Source: Chiloscyllium plagiosum (taxonomy: Eukaryota). From it: DNA of 64,000 nucleotides. The first letter of the stretch is position 1. Every line of letters starts with the position of its first letter. Below are positions 37,391 to 49,770 of the stretch, piece by piece. The position numbers were made by a program, and so were the translations under genes. Under the pieces are notes generated by a model. It saw only the letters and a list, made by a program, of their open reading frames with translations, was not told the origin of the DNA and made no database searches. The stretch lies in NCBI RefSeq assembly GCF_004010195.1, contig NC_057754.1, positions 9,381,524 through 9,445,523 of the forward strand, written 5' to 3'.

Positions 37391-39199
37391 TGAGAAACAA
37401 AGGCAGCGGTTTTTTCATATTTGAAACCAACTGCAGGATCCAGCTCCGGAAACCTGCCACTGAATTTCCTTTTCCCTAACACTGATATTCCCATAAATTC
37501 TTCCTGAATCAAACTAACAAATGTTGAAATGTTTGCTCCGTACGCTGATTAAATAAATCGCAATTGTTTCTGAAAGTTACTACAGAATCTGCTTCTACCA
37601 TTCGCTGTGTTCCAAATCATCATAACTTGGTCAGTATAATCCCTCATCTTTACCCTGGAATTTTAAATCATTTTCTCAGAAGTTGTGTTCTGTGGTCACC
37701 AAACTCTCTGCCATTGGATGCCCACAAAAACTAGACCTCTATTGAGTCACTCCTCATCTCTGCTCTGAGGAGAATAGTGCCAGCTCCTCTGGTTTCACTT
37801 CCCCTCATTTCGGATACTATTCTGGCAATGCTTTCTCCTGCTCCCTCTCCAAGGCCTTGATATCTCTCGTGAAGTGTGACATTCAGAAGTAATTACCAGA
37901 TTTTACCTGAGGATGAACCAGAGTGATTTTTAAAGGTTCTGTATAACTTGTTTTTGACCTCCATTATTACAGCCAGGGAGCAGTTTGTGCTTTTTTTTCC
38001 CCCAAAGATCAATTTGTCCTGTCACATTAAATAATGTGTACATCTCCACTCCCAGGTCACTTTGTTCTTGCACTCTAATACTCCCATTTAGTTTATTCTC
38101 CCTCATCTTACTCTTTCTTTAAAAATCGACTGTTGTGGATCACTTTGGGATGTCCTGAGGGTATGAAAAATGTTGAATGAACACAGGGACTTTTGTCTTT
38201 TACCGGGATTTTAACTTGTAGATTTTTTTTAAACCCGTGGTGAACTCATGATTATCAAAGTGGGCTACTTTACTGCAGAGACAACCTCAGCTGGGAGTCA
38301 GTGATTGAAGAGGAAAGATCCCAGACCCTGGTTCTTCACAGTTCACTGCAGACCTGACAGGTAAATCAGCAACATTCTCAATCAGGAGATCTCAATAAAT
38401 GCTACACGCTGTCCTCAAGGGAGCTCTGCAGCTGCTGTGGGATCACCAGTCCCGACTCAACTAACACCAAAAAACATGATCAGTCAGTCACTTACCTGAT
38501 GGCTGATCGTGGAATCGTACCATACAGAAACTGGCTGCTGTGAAACAGAACAACTTGAATATACATGTCTCATATATTAAACAACCCAAGGTGCTTCAGA
38601 TGAGTTTGCTAAGGCAACATTTGATGCCAAGTCCCCTTGGGCAAGATTTGCGAAATAGCCAAGAGCTTGTTTGAAAAGGCAGATGTGAAGAAACATTTTT
38701 AATCAGGAGGGAGCTGTAAATGTTCAGGGAGGAAATGTCTGAGCGTCGCACAGAGGCACGGCCACTAATGATGGAAGAATTAACATCAGAGATCCTCAGT
38801 AAATCAGGATGACGGGAGCACAGAGAGTGGATGAGCGACTGAGATAACGGATAGCGAGGGACACGACCAGGTGTAGATATCACAGAGAGTGAATGACTGG
38901 AGATTACACAGATAGATAAGGGCATGACCAGGCGTACGGATATCTCAGAGAATAAACTGACTATGAAAGACTGGTCAGAAATGTATTGGAATAATCCAGT
39001 CTGAAGGTAACATGGACATGAATGAGATTTTCAGCAGCACGTGAGCTGAGATGGGGCAGAAATAAATGTTATGGAAAATGAAATACATGTTCTTAGCAAT
39101 AACCTGGACACTGATGCTCACTTTAGGTTCTGGCAGACTATTCAACTCCTGACCTCATTAAAGTCTTCATTCAAACACAGACAAAAGAACTGAATCCCA

Positions 39200-40310
39200 G
39201 AGGTGAGTTTGGAATGACTGTTCTTGAGTTCAAGGCTGACTTTGACAGAATGTGACATCAGGGGGCTCAAGCAAAACTGGAGTCAATGGGAATCATTGCG
39301 AAAACTCTTGGTTGGACCCAGCACAAAGAAATATGATTGTGATTATTAAAAGTTAGTCATCTAAGCTCCAGGACACCTCAGTTGGAACTCCTCAGGGTAG
39401 TGTCCTCAGCCCAACAACCTTCATCAATGACCTTCTCTCCATCATAATGTCAGAAGTGGGATGCTGACTCATGATTACATGATATACAGCACCATGTGGT
39501 ATTATTCTATTTTAGACTATAAGGTTAAATAGGGATTTCTATCTTCACAATACAATTAAAACAGCAGACTACTTGAGATGAACCTTCTACACCATAAAGG
39601 CTGAGAACAGCCAGAGGTTTCCAGAACTAGATTAATTGAGGATATCTGGTCGTGTAGATGAGTTGGACTGAAGGGTTTGTTTCCATGCAGTACAGCTCCC
39701 GGAGTCTAAAGATCTTGGACCCATAAAGGATTAACCACTTAAGGCACGTGTATGTGGGTGTGTCGGGGGCGGTGGAGACTGAATGAACTGATAAAGGTTG
39801 AAGTTACCACACTGCCGCAAAGCCTGTCTGTCATCTGCAATGCACAACGCAGGTGTGCAGTAGAATACTCCCCAGTTTCCTGAACGACTGCAGCTCCAAC
39901 AACATGCAGGAAGCTTGACACCACCAAGGACAAATGATGTACATGAATATTTAATTTCTCCACTGATGATGCCCTCCGTAGCAGCATGGTGTACCATCTA
40001 CAAGATGCAGTGAAGAAATGTGCCAAGGTTCCAAACACAAGACCATTACCACCTAGAAGGACAAGTGCAGCAGATACATAAGAACGCCATCACCTTGCAA
40101 GTTATGCTCCAAGCCACTCACCATCCAGACTTGGAAGGGTAGCGCCAATTCTTCATTGTTGCTGGGTGAAATCTGAGTCCCCTCCCTAAAAGCATCGTTG
40201 GAGGAGCTACAATAAATGGACTCCAGCAGGTCAAGAAGGCAGCTTACCACCACCAAGAGCAACCAGGAATGTAGGTCTAGTCAGCAACGCCCACCTCCCA
40301 TGAATGAGTA
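39200..40310 (+). mobile_element. Old CR1/L2-clade LINE fragments
   Basis: PQGSVL.P..F.NDL motif at ~39390 and a 3' region shared with 37060-37390. Confidence 0.6.
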
Positions 40311-40477
40311 AAAAAGGCTTAAAACATTGCAATTAACACAAAACTGGTTTATTTGACTACAATCCAGAACATTAACACTCATAATAGGGCTACAGCTTAT
40401 TCCGATCAGCAGAAACAGATGCCAATGAACATGGTTCACGCTCCAATAAGGTTAATAGTAAAATCTAATCACCGTAG

Positions 40478-41515
40478 TTACTTGTGAACTTGCTGGTGTC
40501 TCAGCAGGTGGGATGACCGAGTGAATCGCTTCTCACACTGAGGGCAGCTGAACGGTCTCTCTCCACTGTGAACCTGCTGGTGTATGAGCAAGGTAGATGA
40601 CTGAGTGAAGCCCTTCCCACACTCAGAGCAGGTGTATGGCCTCTCCCCACTGTGAAACCGCTGGTGGATCAACAGATGGGATGACTGAGTGAATCCCTTC
40701 CCACACTCTGAGCAGGTGTATGGCCTCTCTCCACTGTGAAACCGCTGGTGTGTCAGCAGGCTGGATGACTGAGTGAATCCCTTCCCACAATCAGAGCAGG
40801 TGAATGGCCTCTCCCCGGTGTGAACGCGCTGGTGTTTTGTCAGATCAGAAGACCAAGTGAATCGTTTCCCACACTTGGAGCAGGTGAATGGTCTCTCCCC
40901 AGTGTGAACCCTTTGGTGTCTCAGCAAGCTGGATAGCTGGGTGAATCTTTTGCCACACTTGGAGCACGTGAATGGTCTCTCTCCAGTGTGAGTGCACTGG
41001 TGTATGGTGAGGTTAGACGGCCGCTTGAACCCATTTCCGCAGTGAGAGCACCTGAATGGTCTCTCATCGGTGTGAACATGCTGATGGCGCATCAGTTCCC
41101 CAGAGCTTTTAAAGCTCTTCCCACAGTCTGAGCATTGAAAAGGCCTTTCATCTGTGTGAAGTCGCTGATGGCGCCGGAGTTCCCAGGAATTCTTGTAGCA
41201 CTTTGTGCAGTCTGGGCATTTAAAAGGCTTCTCGCCAGTGTGAACTTGTTGGTGTCTCAGCAGAGTGGACGAGTCGGTGAATCCTTTCCCACACTCCGAG
41301 CAGGTGAATGGCCTCTCCCCGGTGTGCCGACGGAGATGGGTTTTCAGCTCAGACGGGTAACTAAATCCCTCCCCGCAGTCCCCACACTTCCATGGCTTCA
41401 CCCCGTCGTGGCTGCGCTTGTGTCTCGACAGCCCGGATGATCGGCTGAAACCTCGTCCACACAAAGAACATGTGAATGGTTTCTCCCCGCTGTGATTGGG
41501 GCTTTTCCCTTCCAT
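40478..41515 (-). CDS. C2H2 zinc-finger protein, 345 aa (12 fingers, no KRAB/SCAN)
   Basis: ORF 40478..41527 with first ATG at 41515 (MEGKS); acceptor TTTCATAG| with exon start at 41622; AATAAA on the minus strand at 40353-40348. Confidence 0.92.
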   Translation of the reverse strand: MEGKSPNHSGEKPFTCSLCGRGFSRSSGLSRHKRSHDGVKPWKCGDCGEGFSYPSELKTHLRRHTGERPFTCSECGKGFTDSSTLLRHQQVHTGEKPFKCPDCTKCYKNSWELRRHQRLHTDERPFQCSDCGKSFKSSGELMRHQHVHTDERPFRCSHCGNGFKRPSNLTIHQCTHTGERPFTCSKCGKRFTQLSSLLRHQRVHTGERPFTCSKCGKRFTWSSDLTKHQRVHTGERPFTCSDCGKGFTQSSSLLTHQRFHSGERPYTCSECGKGFTQSSHLLIHQRFHSGERPYTCSECGKGFTQSSTLLIHQQVHSGERPFSCPQCEKRFTRSSHLLRHQQVHK

Positions 41516-42220
41516 GTTCAAAACCAATGATAGTCAGGTTACGATAAACTGGGAGACTCCGTCCAAACCTGTTCCGGTATTTGGGTTAAGGTTCCTGACT
41601 GTAGATCCTCTCCTTTTAAACCCTATGAAATTAGTTGAAAATAGAGACAGAAAAAAAAAATGGGATTGAGAGGGAACCCACAACATCTGTGAAATTGAGC
41701 AGAATGAATCTGGGAACTTCTGGGGCCAGCACGAGTGAAAACTGACCATGAAAACTATTAGATTGCATTAAAAACCCAACTGGCTCATTCATGTCCTTCA
41801 GTAAAAGGAACTTGCCGCCCAGCCTGGAGCCACGCAATATTCTATGGGAGAACAGAGAGAGTTAGAGAGAGTGGGAGCAAGGCGGGAGAGGAAAGAGAGG
41901 AATTTTATATATCTGCAGATTGACCAGAACTCTGACAAACTTCCCAACTCTCAACTTCCACCACCTAGAAGGACCAGGTGGGCAGGGGTATACGAACACA
42001 ATCACCACTAAGTTCCCTCAAACTCACACACTGTCCTGACTTTCCTAACGTTAAGCACTGGTTCAGCAGTAATTTCCTCCATTTTAATCTTGGGAAGACT
42101 ATAGCTATCCTGCTACAAAAACCACTCCCTCTCTCGCAACTCCATCCCTATTCCTGACCATTGTGTACAGTACTGGACAATGTCATATTTCACCCGAGGA
42201 TCAGCTTCTAACCATCTGCT

Positions 42221-42431
42221 GTTTAGATCAGGGTGGTGCTGGAAAAGCACAGCAGGTCAGGCAGCATCCGAGGAGCAGGAAAATCATCAGGGATTCCCGA
42301 TGAAGGGCTTTTGACCGAAACGGCGATTTTCCTGCTCCTCGGATGCTGCCTGACCTGCTGTGCTTTTCCAGCACCACTCTCATCTAAACTCTGGTTTCCA
42401 GCATCTGCAGTCCTCAGTTTGCCTTGTTGAC
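42221..42431. mobile_element. Fold-back Penelope-terminus insert, 14-bp TSD
   Basis: TSD TCTAACCATCTGCT at 42207-42220 and 42432-42445; inverted GCTGGAAAAGCACAGCAGGTCAGGCAGCATCCGAGGAGCAGG arms. Confidence 0.88.
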
Positions 42432-42674
42432 TCTAACCATCTGCTCCAGTCTCACCACCTCCAAGATATTTGTGCTCTTCTAATTCCAGCCCCCTTGACA
42501 TTCCTGCTTTTATTTGTTTTACCTCGAATGGCTGAGTCTTCAGTTACCAAGACCATAATTTCTGGAATTTACTTCCTAATCCTCTCCCTTTCTCTTCTTC
42601 ATTTTCCTCCTTTGACATCCTCTTTAACATCTACCTCTCTAACCAGGTTTTTGGTCACCTGTTCCAATTTCCAT

Positions 42675-43207
42675 TATGTTGAGGTTGTACAGGACATTGG
42701 TGAGGCCTCTTCTGGCAAACTGTGTCCAGTTCTGGTTACCCTGTTATAGGAAGGATATTATTTAGCTGGAGAGGGTTCAGAAGAGATTTACCAGGATGTT
42801 GTCAGGTATGGAAGGTTTTAACTGGAGCGTAGGAGGTTGAGAGCAACCTGGTAGAAGCTTATATAAAAAAAAAGAGGTACAGATAGAGTTGATGGTAGTT
42901 GTCATTTCCCTAAGATGGGAAATTTCACTCGGGGACACATTTTTAAGGTGAGAGGAGAGAAACTTAAAAAAAGACAAAATAGGCAATCTTTTTACACAGC
43001 GGGTGGTCCGACTGTGGAATAAACTTCCTGAGGAAGTGGTGGATACAGTTACAGTGTTTAAAAGGCATTTGGCTAAGTACATGAATAGGAAAGGTTTGGA
43101 CGGAAAATGGGCCAGGAGCAGGCAGGTGGGACTAGTTTAGTTTGGGATTATGTTTGGCAAGGACTGGTTGGACCGAAGGGTCTGTTTCCGTGCTATCTGA
43201 CTCTATC
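42675..43207 (+). mobile_element. CR1/HER1 3' end
   Basis: LVRP..C VQFW / RVQKRFTRML motifs and the HER1 tail. Confidence 0.85.
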
Positions 43208-44930
43208 TCCTCTGGTGATTCAGTGTCAATGTTACTTTCTATTAGTCTGCTGAAATAGCTTCTATTACGTGGAAGGTGCTAATCAAATGCAAAGTGTTGT
43301 TGTTGATTTGGGCATAAACTTCTATTCATTCCTCATTACTGGGGGAAAATTCTGGAATTCCTGCTGTAACAGTTCTGAGAGAGCACCTGAAACTGCTATG
43401 AAATTGCCTGATTCTTAATTTTGTTTTGAGGATTTGTGTTTGAAGCAAAGTGGACAGTGGACATTAGAAAATGTCATATTTCACAATTTGTTTTTTTTTT
43501 AAAGAAAACGTGTGAGAAACAGGACATTTTCTTTGAAGACATTTCTTAAGCTATGCGTGAGTTCTTGGATGTTGGGAGTTAGCTTTCTTTTTCACTTTTG
43601 GTGAACAGCCTGTTCATAAAGCTACTCCCAGTTCATTCTTGCCTTTCTGAGAGAGCCATTTTTTGAGGATTCAGCATTATAACTGAAACATTGAACCAAC
43701 TGTCCTCTGAAAAGCCACTAAAAGTAATTATTTTTCCTGTTTCCTGCATCAGCAAAGGCCTGTGTTTAGTGACACCCATCTATGTGTGTCAAGATAGTGA
43801 CTGAAAACCATCTTGAACATTTCTTACTTTATCCTTTTTACCATCATGAGCTTGCAATTAGTTTCTCTGTCCTAATTACCTTGTGTATGCGTGTTGGGTT
43901 TTTTTGAAGGATAAATGCTTATCCTGTAATGTTTCATACTGCGTGTTAATCAAATTTGTTAATCACTGTGAGATAAATCTTGTTTTTGAAAATAAACCAA
44001 TTGTTTTATTGATTCTGAAGGGTCACTGCATCCAAAACACTGACTCTGCCTTCTCTCTACAGGTGCTGCTCGATCGACTGAATTTGCAAGCATTCTCTGG
44101 TTTTGTTTCAGATTTCTAGTGTCCACAGTTCTTTGTTTTTTTTTAAATTTCAATAGTTTTACTGTTTAGCAAATAAATATGGTTGGCGAATTTGTATTTT
44201 AAATTGAATGTAGGCAAAGTATAAAACAGGCCATATCAGGAACTGGGTAAAGCTTTGAAATTGATGTGATTGGTGAGGTGGTGGCTCGAGAGAGAGAGAG
44301 AGACACACACACAGCACACTCTCCAACCCTGGGTATTCCACACCAGATGCTGCAGTAGTTCAAGAAGGTGAAACACCCATCTTCTCTATGGGCAACCTGG
44401 GGAGTCACTATGTCTGCTGGAATTCTTTGCCAAACAGCAGGGAAATGAAAGAAGCTGATTCACTCCTGTGGAGAGGCAGGATAGGTGCAATGGGCTGAAT
44501 AGTCTCTTTCTGTATTGTAATCATTAAATGATTCTATGATTCAACGAAAGGGGATTAGCACTTGGGAGCAGGAACAAATTCTGCAACCAACACCCACCTT
44601 CACACAAACCAGCTCTTCATTGTCCTGTCTGTATTTCCAGTCTCGGTTCTCTGAACAACGCCTGCAACCAAATCATAGCGAAATACTGCCGCTCCTAGAA
44701 ATCTGCAATTAAAAAAAATAGAAAATGCTGCTGTTCAGACAGTATCGATGGAAGAAGAAATAGAATTAAAAATTGGGCATCAGCAGAATCAGTTAGGGTA
44801 ATGAAAATGTTGAAGAACTTGATGGTTTTTACAAGCTCAGAAACGAATCAGAAATGGACTATTGTGCAGCACAAACAATTCCTGACTTTAAAACATACTG
44901 TCAGAAAATAGAGTTGGCAAGAAGGCAGTA

Positions 44931-45075
44931 CAGAGGAACCTCGATTATCCGAACGACACGGGTAGGGAGTATTTTGTTCGGATAACACAGTTTAGCCAAG
45001 CATCGGGACCTTGTGATCTTGTTCAGATAACCCAAAATTTGGATAATTGACATTCGGATAATGGAGGTTCCTCTG
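44931..45075. mobile_element. pogo/Tigger-type MITE (145 bp)
   Basis: 23-bp TIRs CAGAGGAACCTC(G/C)ATTATCCGAA, TA target duplication on both sides, internal TTCGGATAA repeats. Confidence 0.85.
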
Positions 45076-45349
45076 TATATGGTCGAAAATAACAGTTAAG
45101 TACTCAACTACAATAAGCCCATCACTTGCAACAGAGGATATACGACAATGATGGAGAGGCACAGATGTCAAAAAGAGCAATGGATTGACGTGAATGGAGA
45201 TTCCCCGGAAAGGAGTCACACCAACCCTGCAGCATGACATCTCTCAGAAATAACACAGTGCAAACCTGAAACCTCTGCACTGTCGATGAATTGTGAAAAT
45301 TTGAAACAATTGCACCAATTTCTGTTTTAAAATGCCTTATTCGAGCCTA

Positions 45350-45458
45350 CAGCCCGAAGAGACAATGCTGCAAAGTTACCATCTGTGGGATTATGACTGA
45401 ACCCCTCTAATCGGATTCCCCAATGAATGCAGTTGGAACGATATCAGAAGCACTGAAG
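45350..45458 (+). pseudogene. 28S rRNA 3'-region fragment (degenerate)
   Basis: TACCATCTGTGGGATTATGACTGAAC.CCTCTAA.TC.GA.TCCC...GGAACGATA matches the conserved 3' domain of eukaryotic LSU rRNA. Confidence 0.75.
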
Positions 45459-46021
45459 GCAGGGGAAGATCTGACTGTTCAGGAACTATTCCATGTACAG
45501 TGAGGATGTCACCACACAACTGTCAGCGCATGATGACATCATACACATAAACACAAAGAATATGGGTGTGTGCAAACCAGTGATCACCATCCATCATGAA
45601 GGATGACGAATTTGAGAAGGTGAGTGGGATGATAAGTTAGTTTACGGATGAGACAAAGATTGGCCAGGTGGTTTACAGTGAGGAGGAAGGTGGAAGGTAT
45701 TGGGTTACAGGAAGATATACTTACAGATTTATTAGATGAGCAAATCATTAGCAGATGGAATTTAACCCTGATTATTTTGAGGTGATGTACTTTATAAGAG
45801 GGGACATGTCAGAGGGACTACTCAATGAAGAGCAAGACACTAGAAAGCTTGGAGAAACAGAGGAATGTGGGACTGCTTGTCCACAGATCCGTGAAGGTGG
45901 CAGGACAGATTACTTGGGTAGTAAAGGGGGAAAACAGGGCTCTCGCCTTTATCAATGGTGGCACAGATTATAAAAGCAGGAAGGTTATGTTGGAGTTGTA
46001 CAGAATGATGATTTGGCCACA

Positions 46022-46620
46022 TAGAGTCATGGAGCTGGAAGGATGAAAACAGACCCTTCAGTCTAACTCGGCCATGCCAACCAGATATCCTAAATTAATC
46101 ACATCCCATTGCCAGCACTGGGCCACATCCCTCTAAACTCTTCCTATTCATATACCCAGCCAGATGCTGTTTAAATGCTGTAATTCTACCAGCTGCCACC
46201 ACTTCCTCTGGCAGCTTGTTCCATATACGCACCAACCTCTGCCATGTAGGTCCCATTTAAATGTTTCCCTCTCATCTTAAACCTTTGCTCTCTAGTTTTG
46301 TACTCCTCTACTCTGGGGAAAATACCTTGGCTATTCATCCTATCCATGTCCCTCATGATTTTATAAACCAGGGAAAATAGTGCCACCCTCAGCCTCTCCC
46401 TTTAGCTCAACCCTGCAACTCTGGCAACATCCTTGTACGTTTTTTTCTGAACCCTTTCGAGTTTCACAACATCTTTCCCATAGCAGGGAGACCAGAATTA
46501 AACACAGTACTCCAAAAGCAACCTAACCAATGTCCTGGACATCCGCAACATGATCTCCCAACTCCTATACTCAATGCACTGACCAATAAAGGCAAGTATA
46601 CCCAACCCCTTCTTCACTGT
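46022..46620 (-). mobile_element. CR1/HER1 3' end
   Basis: ORF 46186..46386 and the reverse tail. Confidence 0.8.
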
Positions 46621-46624
46621 CCTG

Positions 46625-49600
46625 GCTCTGGGGCACAGTGGGAAAGGGTAAAGCTAAACAGGACCTTAGTGATAGGAAACTCGATAGGGGGACAGACCGG
46701 AGATTCTGAGGCTGCAAATGGGAATGCAGGATGGTGTGTTGCCTCTCGGGTGCCAGGATCCAGGATGTTTTGGAGTGGCTGCAGAACATTCTCAAAGGAG
46801 AGGGTGAGCAGCCAGAGGTCACTGTGCACGTTGGCACCAATAACATAGGTGGAAATAGGGATGAGATCGTGCAGAGTGATTATAGAGAGCCAGAAAAAAA
46901 ATGAAAACCCAGGGCTTGGTCAGTGGTAATCTCTGGATTACTTACCGTGCCACATGCTAGTGAGGGTAAGAACAAGAGGATATGGCAGATTCGTGCGTGG
47001 CTAAGGAATTGCTGCAGGGGGCAGGGATTCAGATTTCCAGATCATTGGGATGTTTTCTGGGGCCAGGGGGAGTTGTTCAAGAGGGACAGATTACATCTGA
47101 ACTGGAGGGGGACCATTATCTTGGCGGCCATGTTTGCTAGTGCTACAAGGGAGGGTTTAAACTAGATTGGTGGTGGCGGGGGGGTGATTCTCAACAGCAG
47201 GGAGGCATGTGTGAGGCTGGAAGGAAATACAGTAATCAGAAATAGTAATGTGAAGAGACAGGTCTGGCTGGAACACGACAGGGAGCAAGGAATGCCAGTT
47301 GGATTAAATTGCATCTATTACAATACAGGTAAGGCTGATGAACTCAGGGCGTGGGATAGGTACATGGCACTGGGCTATTATAGCCATTATGGAAACATGG
47401 CTAAGGGAGGGACAGGACTGGCTGCTTTATGTGCCAGGGTACAGGTACTTTAGGCAGGTCAGAGGGGGTGGAATGGGGGGAGGGTGGAATTCCACTTTTG
47501 ATTAAGGTGAGTATGACAGCAGTAGTCAGAGATGAAATAATTGAAGAGTCATCCAGTGAGGTTTTGTGGGTGGAGCTCAGAAATAAGAAGGGGCTGGTGA
47601 TGTTACTGGGGTTGTACTATAGGCTCCCAAATCGTCAACGGGAATTAAAGAAAGAAATATGCAGGGAGACTGGGGAGACTTGCAGGAGCAATTGGGTTGT
47701 CATAGTAGGGGTTTTTAATATTCCTAACATAGACTGGGACCGACACAGCGTCAAGGGCTTAGATGGGGTGGAATTTGTTAAGTGCGTTCAGGAAAGTTTC
47801 CTCAAGCAGTATACACAGGGTCTTACTCGCGAAGGGGCAAAACTCGACTTACTCTTGGGAAACAGGTGACTGAGGTGGCAGTGGGGGAGCACTTTAGGAC
47901 CTGTAACCCTAGTTCAAATAATTTTGAAATAGTTATGAACAGGGACAAAACTGGTCCACAGGTTCAATTTTAAATTGGGACAAGGTGAATTTTGATGGAA
48001 TGAGACAGGAGATTGAAGGGGTTGATTGGAGTAGTTTGTTTACAGGCAAAGGGACTGCTGGCAAGTGGGAGGCCTTTAAAAGTGGGAGAGCTAGAGTTTA
48101 AGGTCTATATGTTCCTATGAGGGTGAAGGGCAAGGTTGACAGGAATAGGGAACCCTGGATTACAAGAGGTATTGAGGTTCTGACCAGAAAAAGAAGTGTG
48201 GTTTAGATACAGGCAGGTGGGATCAAGGGAATCCCTGGAGTTACACAGGGGATACAGGAGTTTACGGGGGCAGTAGACGTAGTGTCTATAGATTTCAGTA
48301 AGGCCTTTGATAATGTTCCACAAGGTACCCTGCTCTGGAAGGTTAGATCACATGGAGTCCAGGGGGAGCTGGCAAATTGGGATACACAATTGGCTTGATG
48401 GTAGGAAGCAGAGGGTAATGGTGTAAGGATGCTACTGGAGTGCCTCAGGGGTCGGTGCTGGGCCCAATGCTGTTTGCTAGCTGTATCAATCATTTGGACG
48501 AGAATGTACGAGGCATCATCAGTAAGTTTGAAGATGACACTAAAATAGACAGTATTGTGGACAGTGAGGAAGGTTCTCAGAAATTAGATTAGATTAGATT
48601 AGATTAGATTACATTACAGTGTGGAAACAGGCCCTTCGGCCCAACATGTCCACACCGACCCGCCGAAGCGCAACCCACCCATACCCCTATATTTACCCCT
48701 TATCTAACACTACGGGCAATTTTAGCATGGCCAATTCACCTGACCTGCATATCTTTGGACTGTGGGAGGAAACCGGAGCACCCGGAGGAAACCCACGCAG
48801 ACACGGGGAGAACGTGCAAACTCCACACAGTCAGTCGCCTGAGGCGGGAATTGAACCCGGGTCTCAGGCGCTGTGAGGCAGCAGTGCTAACCACTGTGCC
48901 ACCGTGCTGCCCACGATGCAGCAGGACCTTGGTCAGCCGGGGAAGTGGGCCAAGAAATGGCAAATGGGAGTTTAATACGGACAAGTGTGAGGTCTTGCAT
49001 TTGGAAAGTCAAATCAAGGCAGGAGTTTCAAGGTAAATGGTAGGCCTTAAGGAGTGTAGTAGAGTAGAGAAACCTTGGATTCAGGTACACGGTTCTTTGA
49101 AAGTGGAGTTACAGGGCAGCGAAGGAGGCTTTTGGTACACTGGCCTTCATCAATCAGGACAGTGAGTATAGCAGTTGGAAAGTTATGCTGCAGTTATACA
49201 GGACTTTGATGATGCCGCACTTGCAGTATTGTGTTTAGTTTTGGGCACCTTGCTTTAGGAAGGACGTTATTTAACTGAAAAGAATGCAGATGAAATTTAC
49301 GAGGATGTTGCCAGGACTCATCAGTCCGAGTTACAGGGTGGGGTTGGGCAAGCTCGGACGTTTTTCTTTAGAGCGTAGGAGACTGAGGGGCTATCTTATA
49401 GAGGTGTATAAGGTCATGAGAGACATGGATAGGGTGAATGCACTCAGACTTTTTCCCCCAGAGTTAGGGAACTGAGGAATGGAGGATATCAGTTTAAGGT
49501 TAGAGGGTAAAGAATAAAAGGGAACCTAAGGGGCAACCTTTTTACACTGAGGGTTGTATGCATACGGAATGAGCAGCAAGCAGGAGTTGTTGAGGCGGGT

Positions 49601-49770
49601 ACATTAACAACATTTAAAAGGCATTTGGACAAATACATGGATAGGAAAGGATTAGAAGGATATGGGCCAAGTGCAGGGAAATGGGTTGAGCGTGGATGGA
49701 CATTTCGATCGGCATGGACCAGTTTGGGCCAAAGGGCCTGTCTTCGTATTGTAGGACTCAATGACTCTAT
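46625..49770 (+). mobile_element. Near full-length decayed CR1 LINE (ORF1 SGNH esterase, endonuclease, deleted RT)
   Basis: VIG.SI..TDR, MVCCL.GARIQDV...PEVTVHVGTNNIG, DRLHLNWRG; endonuclease LWVELRNKKG..LLGLYYR, G.FN.PNIDW, LDLLLG; RT and tail to ~49770. Confidence 0.88.
48583..48912 (-). mobile_element. Full-length HE1-type SINE inserted in CR1
   Basis: Complete head (GGGCAGCACGGTGGCACAGTGGTTAGC), B-box and tail with (TAATC)n. Confidence 0.92.

Noticed and set aside
41135-41440. Antisense or alternative-frame ORFs over ZNF arrays (also 36053..36376, 62193..62516)
   Set aside because: Shadow ORFs typical of repetitive finger codons.
43395-44010. Possible solo LTR (also 63405-64000 with TATAAAA at ~63698)
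   Set aside because: Termini and TSD could not be defined from the sequence.
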